IMG/VR virus record: IMGVR_UViG_3300045283_000190
Coordinates: 1 to 53,113 of that record
From: a virus
Taxonomy: Duplodnaviria; Caudoviricetes
Strand: one strand, 5' to 3'
DNA length: 53,113 nt
The position numbers were made by a program, and so were the translations under genes. Positions 25,045 to 36,000 of this stretch are shown piece by piece; position 1 is the first letter of the stretch, and the number at the start of each line of letters is the position of its first letter. Under the pieces are notes generated by a model. The model did not search any database. It was not told the origin of the DNA and was given only the letters and a program-made list of their open reading frames with translations.

Positions 25045-26292
25045 ATGACTGTCGACCTGAATCCGACCAACTCAACATTCCTGTTCAAGCTGCTTCAAGA
25101 CGAGCAGCTCGACGACGAGGCTTTCTATCGTGACCACCAGCTGCTGAGCTGGTGCGCGAACGAGACCGACTTCACCTCTCACATCGGCAAGGACATCGCA
25201 GTCGAGTACGTCGCGCCGCAGGGCGCAGGTACCACAAGCCCCATCGCAGCGTCGACGCGCAACCCAAGCGCGGGCGTGAAGTTTCGCGTCCCGCAGCGTC
25301 ACTACTCGATGTCTGCGGGCATCGAGCGCGTCGTTCTGCAGAACGCTGCACAGGGCGGCAGCGAGAGTGAGTTCGCAGACGCGCTGATCGATCAGATCGA
25401 CGGCGTCACGGCGCAGTTCGGCGACCACCTCGAGCGGCAGCTGTGGGGCACCGAGCACGGTTACCGCGGTGAGGTCGCCTCGTTCACCGCGACCTCCATC
25501 ACGCTCACAAAGCCGTCCGACGCTCAGATGTTCGAGGTCAATCAGACCATCCAGGCGGTGCTGCCCGGTACGCCTCCGTTTCTTCGCGTCGGCGGCATCG
25601 GTAAGGCTGTCATCACCAGCATCGACCGCACGCTGGGCGTTCTCGGCTTCGTGAACCTCACGACCGTCGGCATCAACGACATCGCGGCCGGCGATCTTTT
25701 GGTGGGAGAGGGCGACTTTAGCAACTTGGTGTTCAACGGTCTGCAGGACTGGGTGCCGATCACCGTCCTTCCGACTGACAACTTCCTCGGTGTGAATCGC
25801 TCGGTCGACCGGGAGCGCCTCGCGGGCATCTACTGGGATGGCTCTGCTGCGACGATTCGCAACGCGGCGATCGGCGGTGTGCAGCACGCCAAGATGATGA
25901 GCGGGCCGAGGTTCAAGAAGTCCTCGCCGATGTTCATGCACCCGAAAAATATGCAGATGTTGCTCGAAAGCGTCGAGGTCGCGAAGATCGTGAATCTCGA
26001 GCTCAAGACGACCTACGGCATCGGCCTCGATGCCGTGGAGATCATGGGCCACCGCTACGTGGAGGCCTATGCGTGCCCGCTCAACACGAGCTTCCTGGTG
26101 GGCGAGGGCGCGTTCGTGCGCGCGAGCTCTGGCAAGCAGCCTCAGATCGACGCGTTCGGCCAGGGCAACAGCGGCTTTCACTACGAGCCGGACACGGGCC
26201 TTCTGACGTTCACGTACTCACACGACGGCAACAGCTTTAGCCGTCGTCCCTACCACATCCTGCGGGTCTCTCTGCCGCCTTACACGCCCTGA
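25045..26292 (+). CDS. Major capsid protein
   Basis: 415 aa after the scaffold; ..LWG...G.RG, F.GL.DW.P, F.GV.RS.D..RLAG motifs. Confidence 0.8.
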   Translation: MTVDLNPTNSTFLFKLLQDEQLDDEAFYRDHQLLSWCANETDFTSHIGKDIAVEYVAPQGAGTTSPIAASTRNPSAGVKFRVPQRHYSMSAGIERVVLQNAAQGGSESEFADALIDQIDGVTAQFGDHLERQLWGTEHGYRGEVASFTATSITLTKPSDAQMFEVNQTIQAVLPGTPPFLRVGGIGKAVITSIDRTLGVLGFVNLTTVGINDIAAGDLLVGEGDFSNLVFNGLQDWVPITVLPTDNFLGVNRSVDRERLAGIYWDGSAATIRNAAIGGVQHAKMMSGPRFKKSSPMFMHPKNMQMLLESVEVAKIVNLELKTTYGIGLDAVEIMGHRYVEAYACPLNTSFLVGEGAFVRASSGKQPQIDAFGQGNSGFHYEPDTGLLTFTYSHDGNSFSRRPYHILRVSLPPYTP

Positions 26293-26316
26293 ACGGAGCG
26301 AGAAAGCGAGACGCAC

Positions 26317-26874
26317 ATGAGAGACTCTCACTCATCGGGTCCAGCACGCGGGGCGGGCTACGGGACGCTCATCGCCTGGGCGCGCTTCATTCCGCAGCTT
26401 GCGGCAGCGGAGGACCCACCGCCCGATCCGCCGGCGGCCGACTCCTCGATGCTCAGCCGCGCGGTCGGTCGTGCGATCGGTCGTGAGCCCGCTCGTGAGC
26501 ACGGTCGTGAGCACAGTCGTGACCACAGTCGCGAGCACGGTCGTGAGGCCGGTGGTCGTGAGGCCGGTCATGCGGTCGGTCGTGAGGCCGGCGGGCCGAG
26601 CCTGCTCGCGGCAGCCCCGGAGCCGGTGCTTCAGCACGGCTTTGGCATCTCGGTCAGGACGGACGGCCCCGGCAAGCTGATCGCCACCATCGACCCTGCG
26701 CTCAAGTCCCGCTACTGGACGGCGCACCTGAGCGCATTCGGCGCCAACCTGCTCGGTGCCACGGTCCCGGTGGAGATCCGAGCCATCAGCGAGACCGAGG
26801 GGACGATCTCGATCACGCCTCCCGACGTCGCGGACGTGGTGATCAGCCTGTTCGTCATCGGGTGCGGGTCGTGA
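26317..26874 (+). CDS. Virion-associated protein with internal tetrapeptide repeat
   Basis: Post-capsid position; REHG/REHS/REAG repeats. Confidence 0.6.
   Translation: MRDSHSSGPARGAGYGTLIAWARFIPQLAAAEDPPPDPPAADSSMLSRAVGRAIGREPAREHGREHSRDHSREHGREAGGREAGHAVGREAGGPSLLAAAPEPVLQHGFGISVRTDGPGKLIATIDPALKSRYWTAHLSAFGANLLGATVPVEIRAISETEGTISITPPDVADVVISLFVIGCGS
26461..26595 (+). repeat. Degenerate 12-bp tandem repeat (GGTCGTGAGCAC-like)
   Basis: About 10 GTCGTGA-like cores at 12-15 bp spacing. Confidence 0.8.
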
Positions 26875-27140
26875 TGGACCGCGAGGACCGGGACGAGCTC
26901 GACGACGGCGGCGGACGTGCCGCGCTGGTGATCGGGTTCGGCGAGAAGGAGTCGGACAGCGAGCTGCCTACGCTCATGCGGGCGCTCGGGCGCGCGCTAC
27001 GGGCGGGCGACTGGGAGCGTGCGGCCAAGGTGTTCGAGGAGGCGATGCACGTCTGCGACGACCAGGCCGACGACGACCAGGGCGACGACGACGAGCACCG
27101 CGAGAAGAACAACGACCGCGAGGACGACCTCGTCTACTGA
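26874..27140 (+). CDS. Small acidic protein
   Basis: TGATG coupling; D/E-rich. Confidence 0.6.
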   Translation: MDREDRDELDDGGGRAALVIGFGEKESDSELPTLMRALGRALRAGDWERAAKVFEEAMHVCDDQADDDQGDDDEHREKNNDREDDLVY

Positions 27141-27148
27141 CAGCTGAC

Positions 27149-27183
27149 GCTCCTTCCTCGCGGGGAGCCTTCGAGGAGGGAGC
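27149..27183 (+). terminator. Intergenic hairpin
   Basis: gctccttcctcg...cgaggaggggagc imperfect inverted repeat. No U-tract, and it overlaps the next RBS. Confidence 0.35.
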
Positions 27184-27187
27184 AGAC

Positions 27188-27871
27188 GTGTCCGTTACGA
27201 TCTCAGTCACCAACATCCTCCGCAACGTGGCGCAGCTGATCGGCGTGCCGGCGTTCGCGGCGAACACCAACGTCACGCAGACGCAGGCGGTCGCCTGGTG
27301 TCAGCAGTCGCTCGAGTCGCTGCAGGCGCTCAACGCGCAGAAGCTCGGCGCGGACCACCACCACATCTCGTCGCAGACGCTGCAGACGCAGCCCGGAGTC
27401 AACTTCGTCTCGCTTCCCCCGGACGCGATCGAGGTGTTCGACGTGCTGTGGTCGAAGGACGCGGACACCGCCTATCGGGTGGCGCCGGCGGAGGCGCCGT
27501 TCGTGCTTCCGCTGACCGGCAATCCGCAGGTCTGGGAGCAGCCGCCGCGCTTTCGGCTCGAGGGCTTCTCGCTCGTGCTGTTCCCGACTCCCATCGAGGT
27601 CTACTCGCTATGCGTCTGGTATGGGCAGCACTTCGGCGTCTCCGCGCCTGGCTCCGTCGTGCAGGGGCGCCTCGACTGGCAGCAGTGGATCGAGCTCGAC
27701 GTGGCGACCAAGTGCCTGACCCGAAAGCGGCGTGCGGCCGATCTCGAGGAGATGAAGCAGAAGCGCGAGATGCTCGCCCTTCAGCTATTTGCCCCCGGCC
27801 GGTCGCGCATGCGGGCTGGGCCGGTCCGCATCCAGGACGTCGAGAGCCGCTGGTACTGGGAGGAGGTCTGA
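27188..27871 (+). CDS. Head-tail adaptor
   Basis: 227 aa; LP.D...V..V, ..RL.G..L.L.P.P...Y...WY; position before the nozzle. Confidence 0.7.
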   Translation: MSVTISVTNILRNVAQLIGVPAFAANTNVTQTQAVAWCQQSLESLQALNAQKLGADHHHISSQTLQTQPGVNFVSLPPDAIEVFDVLWSKDADTAYRVAPAEAPFVLPLTGNPQVWEQPPRFRLEGFSLVLFPTPIEVYSLCVWYGQHFGVSAPGSVVQGRLDWQQWIELDVATKCLTRKRRAADLEEMKQKREMLALQLFAPGRSRMRAGPVRIQDVESRWYWEEV

Positions 27872-28176
27872 TGGACCCATTCACGGACCTCCTCAAGCGC
27901 CTCGGTCTCTCGCTCGCGGACATGACCGCGTTTTTGACGCGCGTCCGGCAATCTCCGATCTGGACCGGGCGCATCTTGGAGGTGCAGCTGCCGGCGGGGG
28001 CGGTGAGTGTCGACGTGCCGCACGGGCTCGCGCGTCCGCAGCGCGGCGCGTTCGTGGTGGGGCAAGACCTCGCGGTGCCCCTGTACGTGCTCGACACCCC
28101 GCACCCGGTCCGCCTGACGCTGTTCGTCGAGACGTCGCAAGCGGTCGCGGCGCGCTTCCGCCTCTGGGTGTTCTGA
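27871..28176 (+). CDS. Small virion beta protein
   Basis: V.HGL.R...G..VV ... LWVF terminus. Confidence 0.6.
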   Translation: MDPFTDLLKRLGLSLADMTAFLTRVRQSPIWTGRILEVQLPAGAVSVDVPHGLARPQRGAFVVGQDLAVPLYVLDTPHPVRLTLFVETSQAVAARFRLWVF

Positions 28177-28243
28177 TGCGCTTGGTTCTTCTCATCTGCT
28201 TGGCAGTCCTGATGCGGCTCGCTCTCGCGCGCAGAGATGTTCG

Positions 28244-31200
28244 ATGACAGCCCCCCAGCAGAAGGTGTCGTTCCTCCTCACCGGCTCGCTCGATGAGCAG
28301 CAGGTCGAGGAGATGCGCGGGCCGACCGTGCAGCAGGGCAGCGCGCCTAACCTCACCGACCAGCACAACACGCGGCTGTCGCTCGAGCGCGGCACGTGCG
28401 CGCGTTGCCCGGACCAGCAGCCGATCGGAATGGCGCTCGATGCCGAGGCGCCTGCATACGCCATCGTGGGCAACGAACGGCATCGCAACTACGTGCTGTA
28501 TACGACGCCGGACCTCGGCAACCGGGTGGTCGCGGAGGACGGCTACGAGCTCGACGGGACGGGGGTGATCCGGGACCGCTTCGGCGTCGGCCACCAGAAC
28601 GCGTACGTGCCGATTCAGATCACGCGTGCGGGTGCGATTGCGGGCATGCGCGGCGTGAAGTACCCGGACGCGAGCGGTGAGACGCTCAACACGCACGGCA
28701 TCGCGAGCTCGTACAATGCGCCGAGTGACGAGCTGTGGGTCGCCTGGGCGCAGCAGGGGCTGGCGACCGCGGTGGGCAGCGGCATCCCGTACCCGTGGGC
28801 CATCTACGCGCTCTCGTACGACAGCGATGGGACGGTGCTGACCTCCCCGCGTCCGGTGGTGACCACGTCGACGGACCCCGCGAAGCTGCTGCACCATCAC
28901 GTGGGCCTGACGTCTCACGGACCCTACGGGACGCGGCTGTGGTTCGCGGAGATCCACACCGACCCGGCGCAGTCTGCGGTCTACTACGTCACCCTCGCGG
29001 CGGAGGGCACGACGGTGGTGGTCGGACCGCGCGTGCGGCCCGTGGCGAACACGCCGAACGGGGCGGTGATGTTTGGCGTCTCGAGCGACGACGACCGCTA
29101 CGCGTACCTCGGGTGCAGCGGCACCGACTCCACGACCGGCGCGGTCTACAAGATCGACGTCACGACGGGCGTGGTGGTGGCTTCGGCGACGCTGCCGGCT
29201 GCGATTTCCACGATCTTCGTGCAGGTCGCGGTGACCCATAAAGTGGTGAGCGGCGTGCCGCGCGTGGCGGTGATGTTCGTCTCCGAGAACGTGACCACCG
29301 CCGTCTACGACGCGAACCTGGTCCCGGTGGTCGCTCCGGTGGCGCGCGCGGTGGGGACGAGCGGGACGTGGGGACCTGCCTACGCGCAGTTTATCAGCTG
29401 CCCGCGGACGGGCATCGTGGGCGCGGTGTTCGCCTTCAGCTTCGTCGAGGGCTTCGGCGGTGCGACCAAGGCGGACGACATCATCGAGAACTACACGGAC
29501 TCGTGGATCCAGCCGTTCGACGGCTCGCCGACGCTCGAGCTCGACATCCTCTACGGCACGGTGCTGATCGACCGTGGCGCCACGTGGGAGGTGAGCGCGG
29601 ACGAGATGTACCCGCTTCTGTTCGTCACGCCGGACTGGGGGCACATCGCCAACGGCTTGCCAGATGGCTACTTCGAGACGCTGGACCCGCAGATCGTCGG
29701 CTACACCATCGGGCCTGCGGCGCACGGCCTGGCGCAGCTGTCGCCCATCGCGCGCTTCGGCGTGGTGCGCGGCACGGTCTCGCCCGTGTACCACGCGAAG
29801 CAGAAGTGGTATCCCGCCGGCAGCAGCCACCCGCGCATCGGGCGGACACCCTTCGATCACTCCTACTTCGTGCCATACAGGAAGGCCGACCAGGACACGC
29901 CGGGGCGCTACGTGCGGCTGTCGGTGGTGCCTGAAAGCCCCGCGGTGATCAACGACCGCGACGGCTTGGCGATCGTGGCATGCGCGCTGCCCGTGCAGTG
30001 GGACGGCGTCGAGACGGTCGAGTACGGCGGGCCGCTGACAGCGCCGCTGCTCAACGTGGTCGAGGACGACGTGCCGGGCACGCTGTCCATCGGCACCTAC
30101 GGCCTGACCTGCATCTACGAGTGGCGCGACGCGGCGGGGCTGCTGCATCGCTCGATGCCATGTCCGACGCTGCTGGTGGAGATCACAGCGCCGGACAAGG
30201 CGCTCTACGTGCGCGCGGTGCTGCCGTTGACGATGCGCACCGGCTGGACGCAGGAGCCGATCCAGGTCGTGCTGTACATGACGCGCGCGAGCGGGACCTC
30301 CTACCATGAGATCCGGTTTCCCGTTCGCGCCAACGATGACTATGTCGCGATGAGCGTCCCAGAGGAGCCGCCTGAGACGCAGCCGATTATCTACTCTCGC
30401 GGGCTCATCGGAGAGGAGATCGTACCGCAGCCTCCGCCTCCGCTGCGTGACCTCGCAATCGTGGGCTCGCGTGCGTGGGGCATCGACGCGGAAGTCCCGA
30501 CGCGCATCGTGTACAGCAAGCTGCGCGTCGCCGGCGTGGGCTTTGAGTTTTTCCCCGCAGGCGAGGTGATCGTCCCGAGCAACGCCGGCGAGGTCGTCGC
30601 GCTGCGCGAGATGAACGGCACGCTGATTCTGTTCGCGGAGCGCGGCATCTATCAGGTCAGCGACGGCGGTCCGAACAACATCGGGCAGGGCGGAGCGTTC
30701 GGACCTCCCTACAAGCTGTCCGACGTCGGCACGCACTCGCGGCAGAGTGTGATCGGGACGCCGCAGGGCATTGTGTTCCTCGACAACACAGGCCGCTTCT
30801 CGATGCTGTCGGGCGGCGGTGTGGTGCAGCTGCCGGGCGCGCGCTTGGCGGTTGGGTGGGTGACGGGCGCGTTCGCGCTCGAGCACGGAGAAGAGGTCTG
30901 CTTCATCGTGGGCGGCACGGCGCGCGTCTACAACTACGCGCTGCAACGTTGGAGCGTGTGGGACCTGCCGTCACCTCCCTCGCTCACGGCGCAGAGCGCC
31001 ATCACGCGCGACATCGGGCTGCTCTACGCGCCAGGCCGGGGTCGGACGTACACGGTGGACTCGCGCGTGCTGCACCCCACCGCGCTGATGCGCTGGGAGA
31101 CCGACTGGATTCTGCTCGGCGGGGACTTCCAGGACTACACCGTGCTGTACGACGTGTTGTTCAACGCGTACGCGATGGGGCCGCATGCGATCCGGCTCGA

Positions 31201-31510
31201 GCTGCTGACGGAGTACGACGGTGTGACGGCGACGACGGTGCGCGAGTGGACGCCGCTCGAGCTCGCGGCGATCGTCGGGCCGACGCAGCGCTACACGGTG
31301 CGGGTCGAGCCGGTCCGCCAGGACGCGCGCGCGATCAAAGTGCGCATTCAGGAGACCGTCTACGCATCGCCGTTCCCGCTGCCTGGGGGGCCTGGTGGAG
31401 CGCTGGGTGTGGTCGTGCACAGCGGGTGCAGACCGGGCGCTGTGACGATCGTCTACTCGGTCGACGGCATCACCTACGAAGAGAGCAACATCCCTGGTTC
31501 CATGAAATGA
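28244..31510 (+). CDS. Tail nozzle/hub (P22 gp10-like beta-propeller)
   Basis: 1088 aa, beta-rich; YEW.DA.G..HRS, I.YSK, G.V.AL..M...LI.F...I, G.GP.N.G, P.G..F, VYNY....WS.W. Confidence 0.72.
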   Translation: MTAPQQKVSFLLTGSLDEQQVEEMRGPTVQQGSAPNLTDQHNTRLSLERGTCARCPDQQPIGMALDAEAPAYAIVGNERHRNYVLYTTPDLGNRVVAEDGYELDGTGVIRDRFGVGHQNAYVPIQITRAGAIAGMRGVKYPDASGETLNTHGIASSYNAPSDELWVAWAQQGLATAVGSGIPYPWAIYALSYDSDGTVLTSPRPVVTTSTDPAKLLHHHVGLTSHGPYGTRLWFAEIHTDPAQSAVYYVTLAAEGTTVVVGPRVRPVANTPNGAVMFGVSSDDDRYAYLGCSGTDSTTGAVYKIDVTTGVVVASATLPAAISTIFVQVAVTHKVVSGVPRVAVMFVSENVTTAVYDANLVPVVAPVARAVGTSGTWGPAYAQFISCPRTGIVGAVFAFSFVEGFGGATKADDIIENYTDSWIQPFDGSPTLELDILYGTVLIDRGATWEVSADEMYPLLFVTPDWGHIANGLPDGYFETLDPQIVGYTIGPAAHGLAQLSPIARFGVVRGTVSPVYHAKQKWYPAGSSHPRIGRTPFDHSYFVPYRKADQDTPGRYVRLSVVPESPAVINDRDGLAIVACALPVQWDGVETVEYGGPLTAPLLNVVEDDVPGTLSIGTYGLTCIYEWRDAAGLLHRSMPCPTLLVEITAPDKALYVRAVLPLTMRTGWTQEPIQVVLYMTRASGTSYHEIRFPVRANDDYVAMSVPEEPPETQPIIYSRGLIGEEIVPQPPPPLRDLAIVGSRAWGIDAEVPTRIVYSKLRVAGVGFEFFPAGEVIVPSNAGEVVALREMNGTLILFAERGIYQVSDGGPNNIGQGGAFGPPYKLSDVGTHSRQSVIGTPQGIVFLDNTGRFSMLSGGGVVQLPGARLAVGWVTGAFALEHGEEVCFIVGGTARVYNYALQRWSVWDLPSPPSLTAQSAITRDIGLLYAPGRGRTYTVDSRVLHPTALMRWETDWILLGGDFQDYTVLYDVLFNAYAMGPHAIRLELLTEYDGVTATTVREWTPLELAAIVGPTQRYTVRVEPVRQDARAIKVRIQETVYASPFPLPGGPGGALGVVVHSGCRPGAVTIVYSVDGITYEESNIPGSMK

Positions 31511-31517
31511 GGGTGCG

Positions 31518-32651
31518 ATGAGCAGAGCTTCAGAGCGACGCGATGCGCGCAAGCTGCGCAAGAAAGGGCCGACGCAGGCTGAGTATGGCGGCAACGCAGG
31601 CGCCAAGGCCGAGATGCGCACGGAGCTACGCGGGCAAGACCGTGACGCCAAGCTCCGCGAGAAGGACGAATACAAGCAGGTCACCGAGCAGCGCACGGAC
31701 TCGCAGGGCAAGGCCAAGCAAGGAGAGCGTGAGCGGCGCACAAGCTCCGGCCTTGCGGGGCAATCGCTGAACACGCTCGAGGGCTCAGCCGCGCGCAACG
31801 ACATCGGCGTAGGAGCCGCTGGCGCACGCGACCTGCGCAACACCGCGCTCGCTCAGGACCAGCTGACAGGGACCGCAGAGAGAGTGCTCGGGCAGCGTGC
31901 CAACGCCCTCGCCGGCAGCCCCACGATCGGGCAGGCGACGGACACGGCGCTGGCGGCCAACCGCCTCAACGCGCGTGACCAACTGGCGCAGCAGATCGGA
32001 CTACAGAACCGCCAGGCGCGCGGGCTCGCGGGCTCGATGGGCGAGGGCGGGGCGCTCGCGATGCAGCAGGCCATGGCGTCGGCGGGCGCGGGAGCCGCTG
32101 ACCTCGCGGCGATGAACCAGACCGAGCAGAACCAGCTGGCGGCCAAGATGCGCTTCGACGCGGCGGCGCAGCAGCGCGGCGAGGACGTCGACACCGCGAA
32201 CCTGGGGCTACAGGCGCGCATGGGCGCCGCCGAGCAGGAGCGCGCGGCACAGCTCGGGTTTGCCGGGCAGTCTGCGCAGGAGAACTACAACGCCGGGCTC
32301 GCGCAGACGGCGGCGCTGCAGAACGTCGCAGCGCAGCGCAACAACGCAGCGCAGCTCGCAACGCAGAACGCGCTCTCGACGGGGCAGCAGGCGAACGCGA
32401 TGAGCGCAGGCACGTACGGCGCGGCGGCGCAGAACAAGCAGCAGGCGCAAGAGATGAAGTACGGCTTCGACGACCGGCTCTACAACGTGGAGCAAGGGCA
32501 GAACCAGGCGGCCTACGAGTCGGCGATGAACCGCAGCGCGGCGGCGAAGCTTGGCAAGGCGGCGCAGTTCGGCACCAATCTCAAGGCGACGTTCGATGCG
32601 TTCGACATGGGGCCGACGCGCAAGCTCCTCGGCGCCACGAAGGCGGAGTGA
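31518..32651 (+). CDS. Internal virion/ejection protein
   Basis: Ala/Gln-rich helical protein after the nozzle. Confidence 0.65.
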   Translation: MSRASERRDARKLRKKGPTQAEYGGNAGAKAEMRTELRGQDRDAKLREKDEYKQVTEQRTDSQGKAKQGERERRTSSGLAGQSLNTLEGSAARNDIGVGAAGARDLRNTALAQDQLTGTAERVLGQRANALAGSPTIGQATDTALAANRLNARDQLAQQIGLQNRQARGLAGSMGEGGALAMQQAMASAGAGAADLAAMNQTEQNQLAAKMRFDAAAQQRGEDVDTANLGLQARMGAAEQERAAQLGFAGQSAQENYNAGLAQTAALQNVAAQRNNAAQLATQNALSTGQQANAMSAGTYGAAAQNKQQAQEMKYGFDDRLYNVEQGQNQAAYESAMNRSAAAKLGKAAQFGTNLKATFDAFDMGPTRKLLGATKAE

Positions 32652-32654
32652 CCC

Positions 32655-32999
32655 ATGTTCAACCTCGCAATCCTGGACAAGGCGAAGTCGATCGTCTCGG
32701 GCGACATGCCGACTGCACAGCGCGTGCAGAACGGCGCAGAGGTGGTGGGCGCGGTGGCGGACATGGCGGGAGCGGCGCAGGCACGAAGCGCCAACCCCGC
32801 GAACGCTGCAGAGGCGCGAGGCCAGCTCATGAACACGCAGGCCGTCCAGACGCTCAAGACGGCAGCGAGCGCGGTCGCGTCGTACTTCACGGGCGGGCTG
32901 AGCGCGGTGGCGCAGAACGTGGGCCTCGGGATGGTTGCGAAGAACAACCCGCAAGCAGCGGGCCTCGCGGGTGTGGCGTCGAAGGTATTTGGAGGCTGA
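32655..32999 (+). CDS. Small Ala/Gly-rich ejection (pilot-like) protein
   Basis: GGAG RBS; Gly/Ala hydrophobic helices. Confidence 0.55.
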   Translation: MFNLAILDKAKSIVSGDMPTAQRVQNGAEVVGAVADMAGAAQARSANPANAAEARGQLMNTQAVQTLKTAASAVASYFTGGLSAVAQNVGLGMVAKNNPQAAGLAGVASKVFGG

Positions 33000-33002
33000 A
33001 TC

Positions 33003-36000
33003 ATGCCGGGCGGACAGGACGCGGGTGTAGATAGCGGGCTGGCTCGCCGCTACTCGATCTTTGACGACGACGACGCGCTCGCGCAGGCTCCTCCTGCCGC
33101 GCCTGCTCCTGCCCGCGACGCGGGCTCGGTGGTGGACGCAGCCCGGCGCGTACAGCAGGTGCGCGACGCGGGAACGGTCACCCAGCCCGCCCGCGTCGAG
33201 GCGCCCATGCGCGACGCAGGCGCGCCACCACCAGCGCGCGGCGGCAGCGTGCCGGTCCTCGCGGAGCCTGGGCCGACGCCAGCACCAGCGTCCTACTGGG
33301 CGCAGCTCGAGGACCATCGCGGGCAGCTGCACCGCGTCGAGGCAAGCTCGATCAAGGAGATCAACCGGCAGTTCGACGAGCTCGAGGCGCGCACGCAGGC
33401 CGAGGGCGGCAGGGATGCACACGTGACCGTCTCGGACGCGGACGATGCGTCCATGAGTGATCTGATCTCGCCTGCGTTCGCTGCGTACAAGCGCAAGCTC
33501 AAGGCAGGGCGCGCGGACGGCGGCGTGAGCGGTTCCGGGGGGGTGGAGCTGCGCGTCCGACCTGTCCGCGAGGCAGACGCTGGGGCACCTGCGGTGGACG
33601 CAGGGGCACCCGCGCAGGAGCCTGACGCAGGGGCACCGCCACCGCCGGCGCGCGGCGCAGAGGATGCGGGCTCCGTGCTGAGCGCCGCGCGGCGTGTGCA
33701 AGAGGTGCGCGATGCGGGTGCGGCGGTCACAGCGCCGGGACGCGCACCCGCGCGCTACTGGGCGCTACTCGAGGACCACCGCGGCAAGCAGCATCGTCTC
33801 GAAGCCCGCTCTGTTGGGGAGGTCCGCCGTCAGTTCCGCGAGCTCGAGGATCTCACGCAGGACGAGGGCGGTCCGGGCGCGTATGTGCTGGTCTCGGACG
33901 GGGACGACGCGTCACTGAGTGACCTGACCTCTCCTGAGTACGCGGCCGAGCTGCGCAAGCGCAAGGCGAGCCGGGATGCTGGCGTGGTGGCGCAGCGCGG
34001 GGCGGCTCCGAGCTCCGAGGATGTGGTGTTCTCGCCGGACGAGGTGGCGCCGGTACGCGTGCCATCTCGTCGGGACGCGGGGGCAGCTCCGAGCCCAGCC
34101 GATGACATGACGTTCACGCTGGACGAGGTGGAGCCTGTCGTCGCGCGACCTCGGCGGGACGCGGGTACGCCGGCGGTGCGGCGCGTGGCCACGGTGGTGG
34201 ACGCGCCCGAGCAAGAGATGGGACCGCCTGCGCTTGAGAGGGCGACGGTGGACGCGCCCGAGCAAGAGATGGGACCGCCTGTCCTGCACGAGCGAGCGCC
34301 CACCGATGCAGGGGTGGCTGCCTCGCGCGCTGCGCTGACGGACGCAGGGGCAGAGCCCATCGCGCGGACTGTGCAGGCACGGGACATCGTGGCGGCGGGA
34401 CCTCCACCACCGAGGGATGCGGGCGCCGTGAGGGCGGTTGCGCGCTCGGTGAACGACCCGCGCGACCCGAGAGCTCCAGTGATGCAGCTGCGCGGCAGCA
34501 GCCCCGAGGAGGTCGACAGGCTCGAGTCTGCCTACATGCGTACGCGCGCGCCGGACGCGGGTGTTCCGCCTTCCTACGAGGGCCTGCACACGCCGTCAGG
34601 GCAGCCTGCGCGCGGCATGTCGGCGACGGTGGTCGCGCCCAACGGCTCCCAGCTGCGGCTCACGGACGACTCGCCGGAGAGCTTGGCGCGCTACTTCGAG
34701 TTCACGGACCGTCACGGGACCGACGTCGACCTGGTGGGCGAGCCCTACCTGATGGAGAAGCTCCGCGAGGCGCAGGCGCATCGTGGCGACGCTGGCACGC
34801 GCACGATGGATGCCGGCGTCGCGAAGGCCTCGACGTCGGCGCTGATGGACGCTGGGCGCACGACCGAGGACGCGGCAGCATCGCCGGTCGATGCCACGCG
34901 GCGGGCTGCGGAGGTGGTGCGGGATGCGGGACAGGCTGCGGCGCGCGCGCTGCCTGATGCAGGCGGCAATGCCTATGGTGCGCTCGAGCCGGGGAACATC
35001 GACCTCACGCGGCGCCCGCACGTACGCAACGCGGACGGCAGCGTTAGCACTGTCTACAGCATGGGGACCGAGATCAACGGCAAGCAGTACCTCATCCCGC
35101 TGGTGCACGACGACGGCTACATCATGACGCCGGACCAGGGCATCGCGGAGTTTGAGCGCACGGGCAAGCACCTGGGCGTGTACGCGTCGCCCGAGGACTC
35201 TGACCGTGCGGCGCAGGCGATCCACGAGGACCAAGAACGCAACCCGCCCATCGATACGCTCACGGAGAAGGACGACGGCGGCATCGCGCGCGTGGCGCAG
35301 GCGGCGCGCGTCGTGAGCGACGCAGGCACAGAGGTAGACGCAGGCAACGTCAACAAGCTGCCAGAGCGCGAGCCGCGTGCGGAGCTCGACACGGGCGCAC
35401 GTGCGGACATCGCTGCCGCGGCGCCGGCGCAAGAGCAGGGACCGCCCCCAGACCTGCCTCTCGACACGACGCTCGCGCCGCACGCGCAGGAAAAGCAGAT
35501 GCTCGAAGGCGAGAAGCGCGTCGCGGACGTGCGCGTCCAGCGCGCCGAGGGCGCCGCGGAGGGCGCGGGCAAGGTCGCGGAGCAGTACGGCAAGATGGCC
35601 GAGCGCAGCGCGGGCGATGAGGAGCGCATGCGGCAGACGGTGACCGACGCACGAAGGCGCGCCGGCACGCTCGAGCAGCGGATGGTCGGACTGATGGACC
35701 ACATCGAGTTCGAGGAGCACGGCAAGCCCAAGCGCGACACGCTCCATCTGATCATGTCGATTCTCACCTCCGTGCTGCTGGCGAAGCTTCCTGGGGGCGC
35801 TGCAGCGGCCAAGATGATTATGCAGGCCATGCCAACGGCCACGAACAAGTGGGCCGAACGTCTGAGCGGAGACCGGGAGGCGTACGACAGGCTCGCGCGG
35901 ATGTACGGGCTCAGCTCGCATGCCAACGCGAGCGAGCTCGAGCAGGAGGCCATGCTGTCCGCCGCAGGCGCCGGCACACTCAAGGCTGGGCTCAACAGCA

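Noticed and set aside
26461-26595. CRISPR-like array
   Set aside because: A 12-bp in-frame tandem repeat without spacers.
27893-30946. 1017-aa antisense ORF and similar long shadow ORFs (e.g. 39327..41252, 45090..46613)
   Set aside because: Expected in high-GC DNA opposite real genes; no domain motifs.
34186-34280. Near-exact ~54-bp tandem duplication as an assembly artefact or mobile element
   Set aside because: In frame with diverged flanks; it is one of many internal repeats of the ejection protein.
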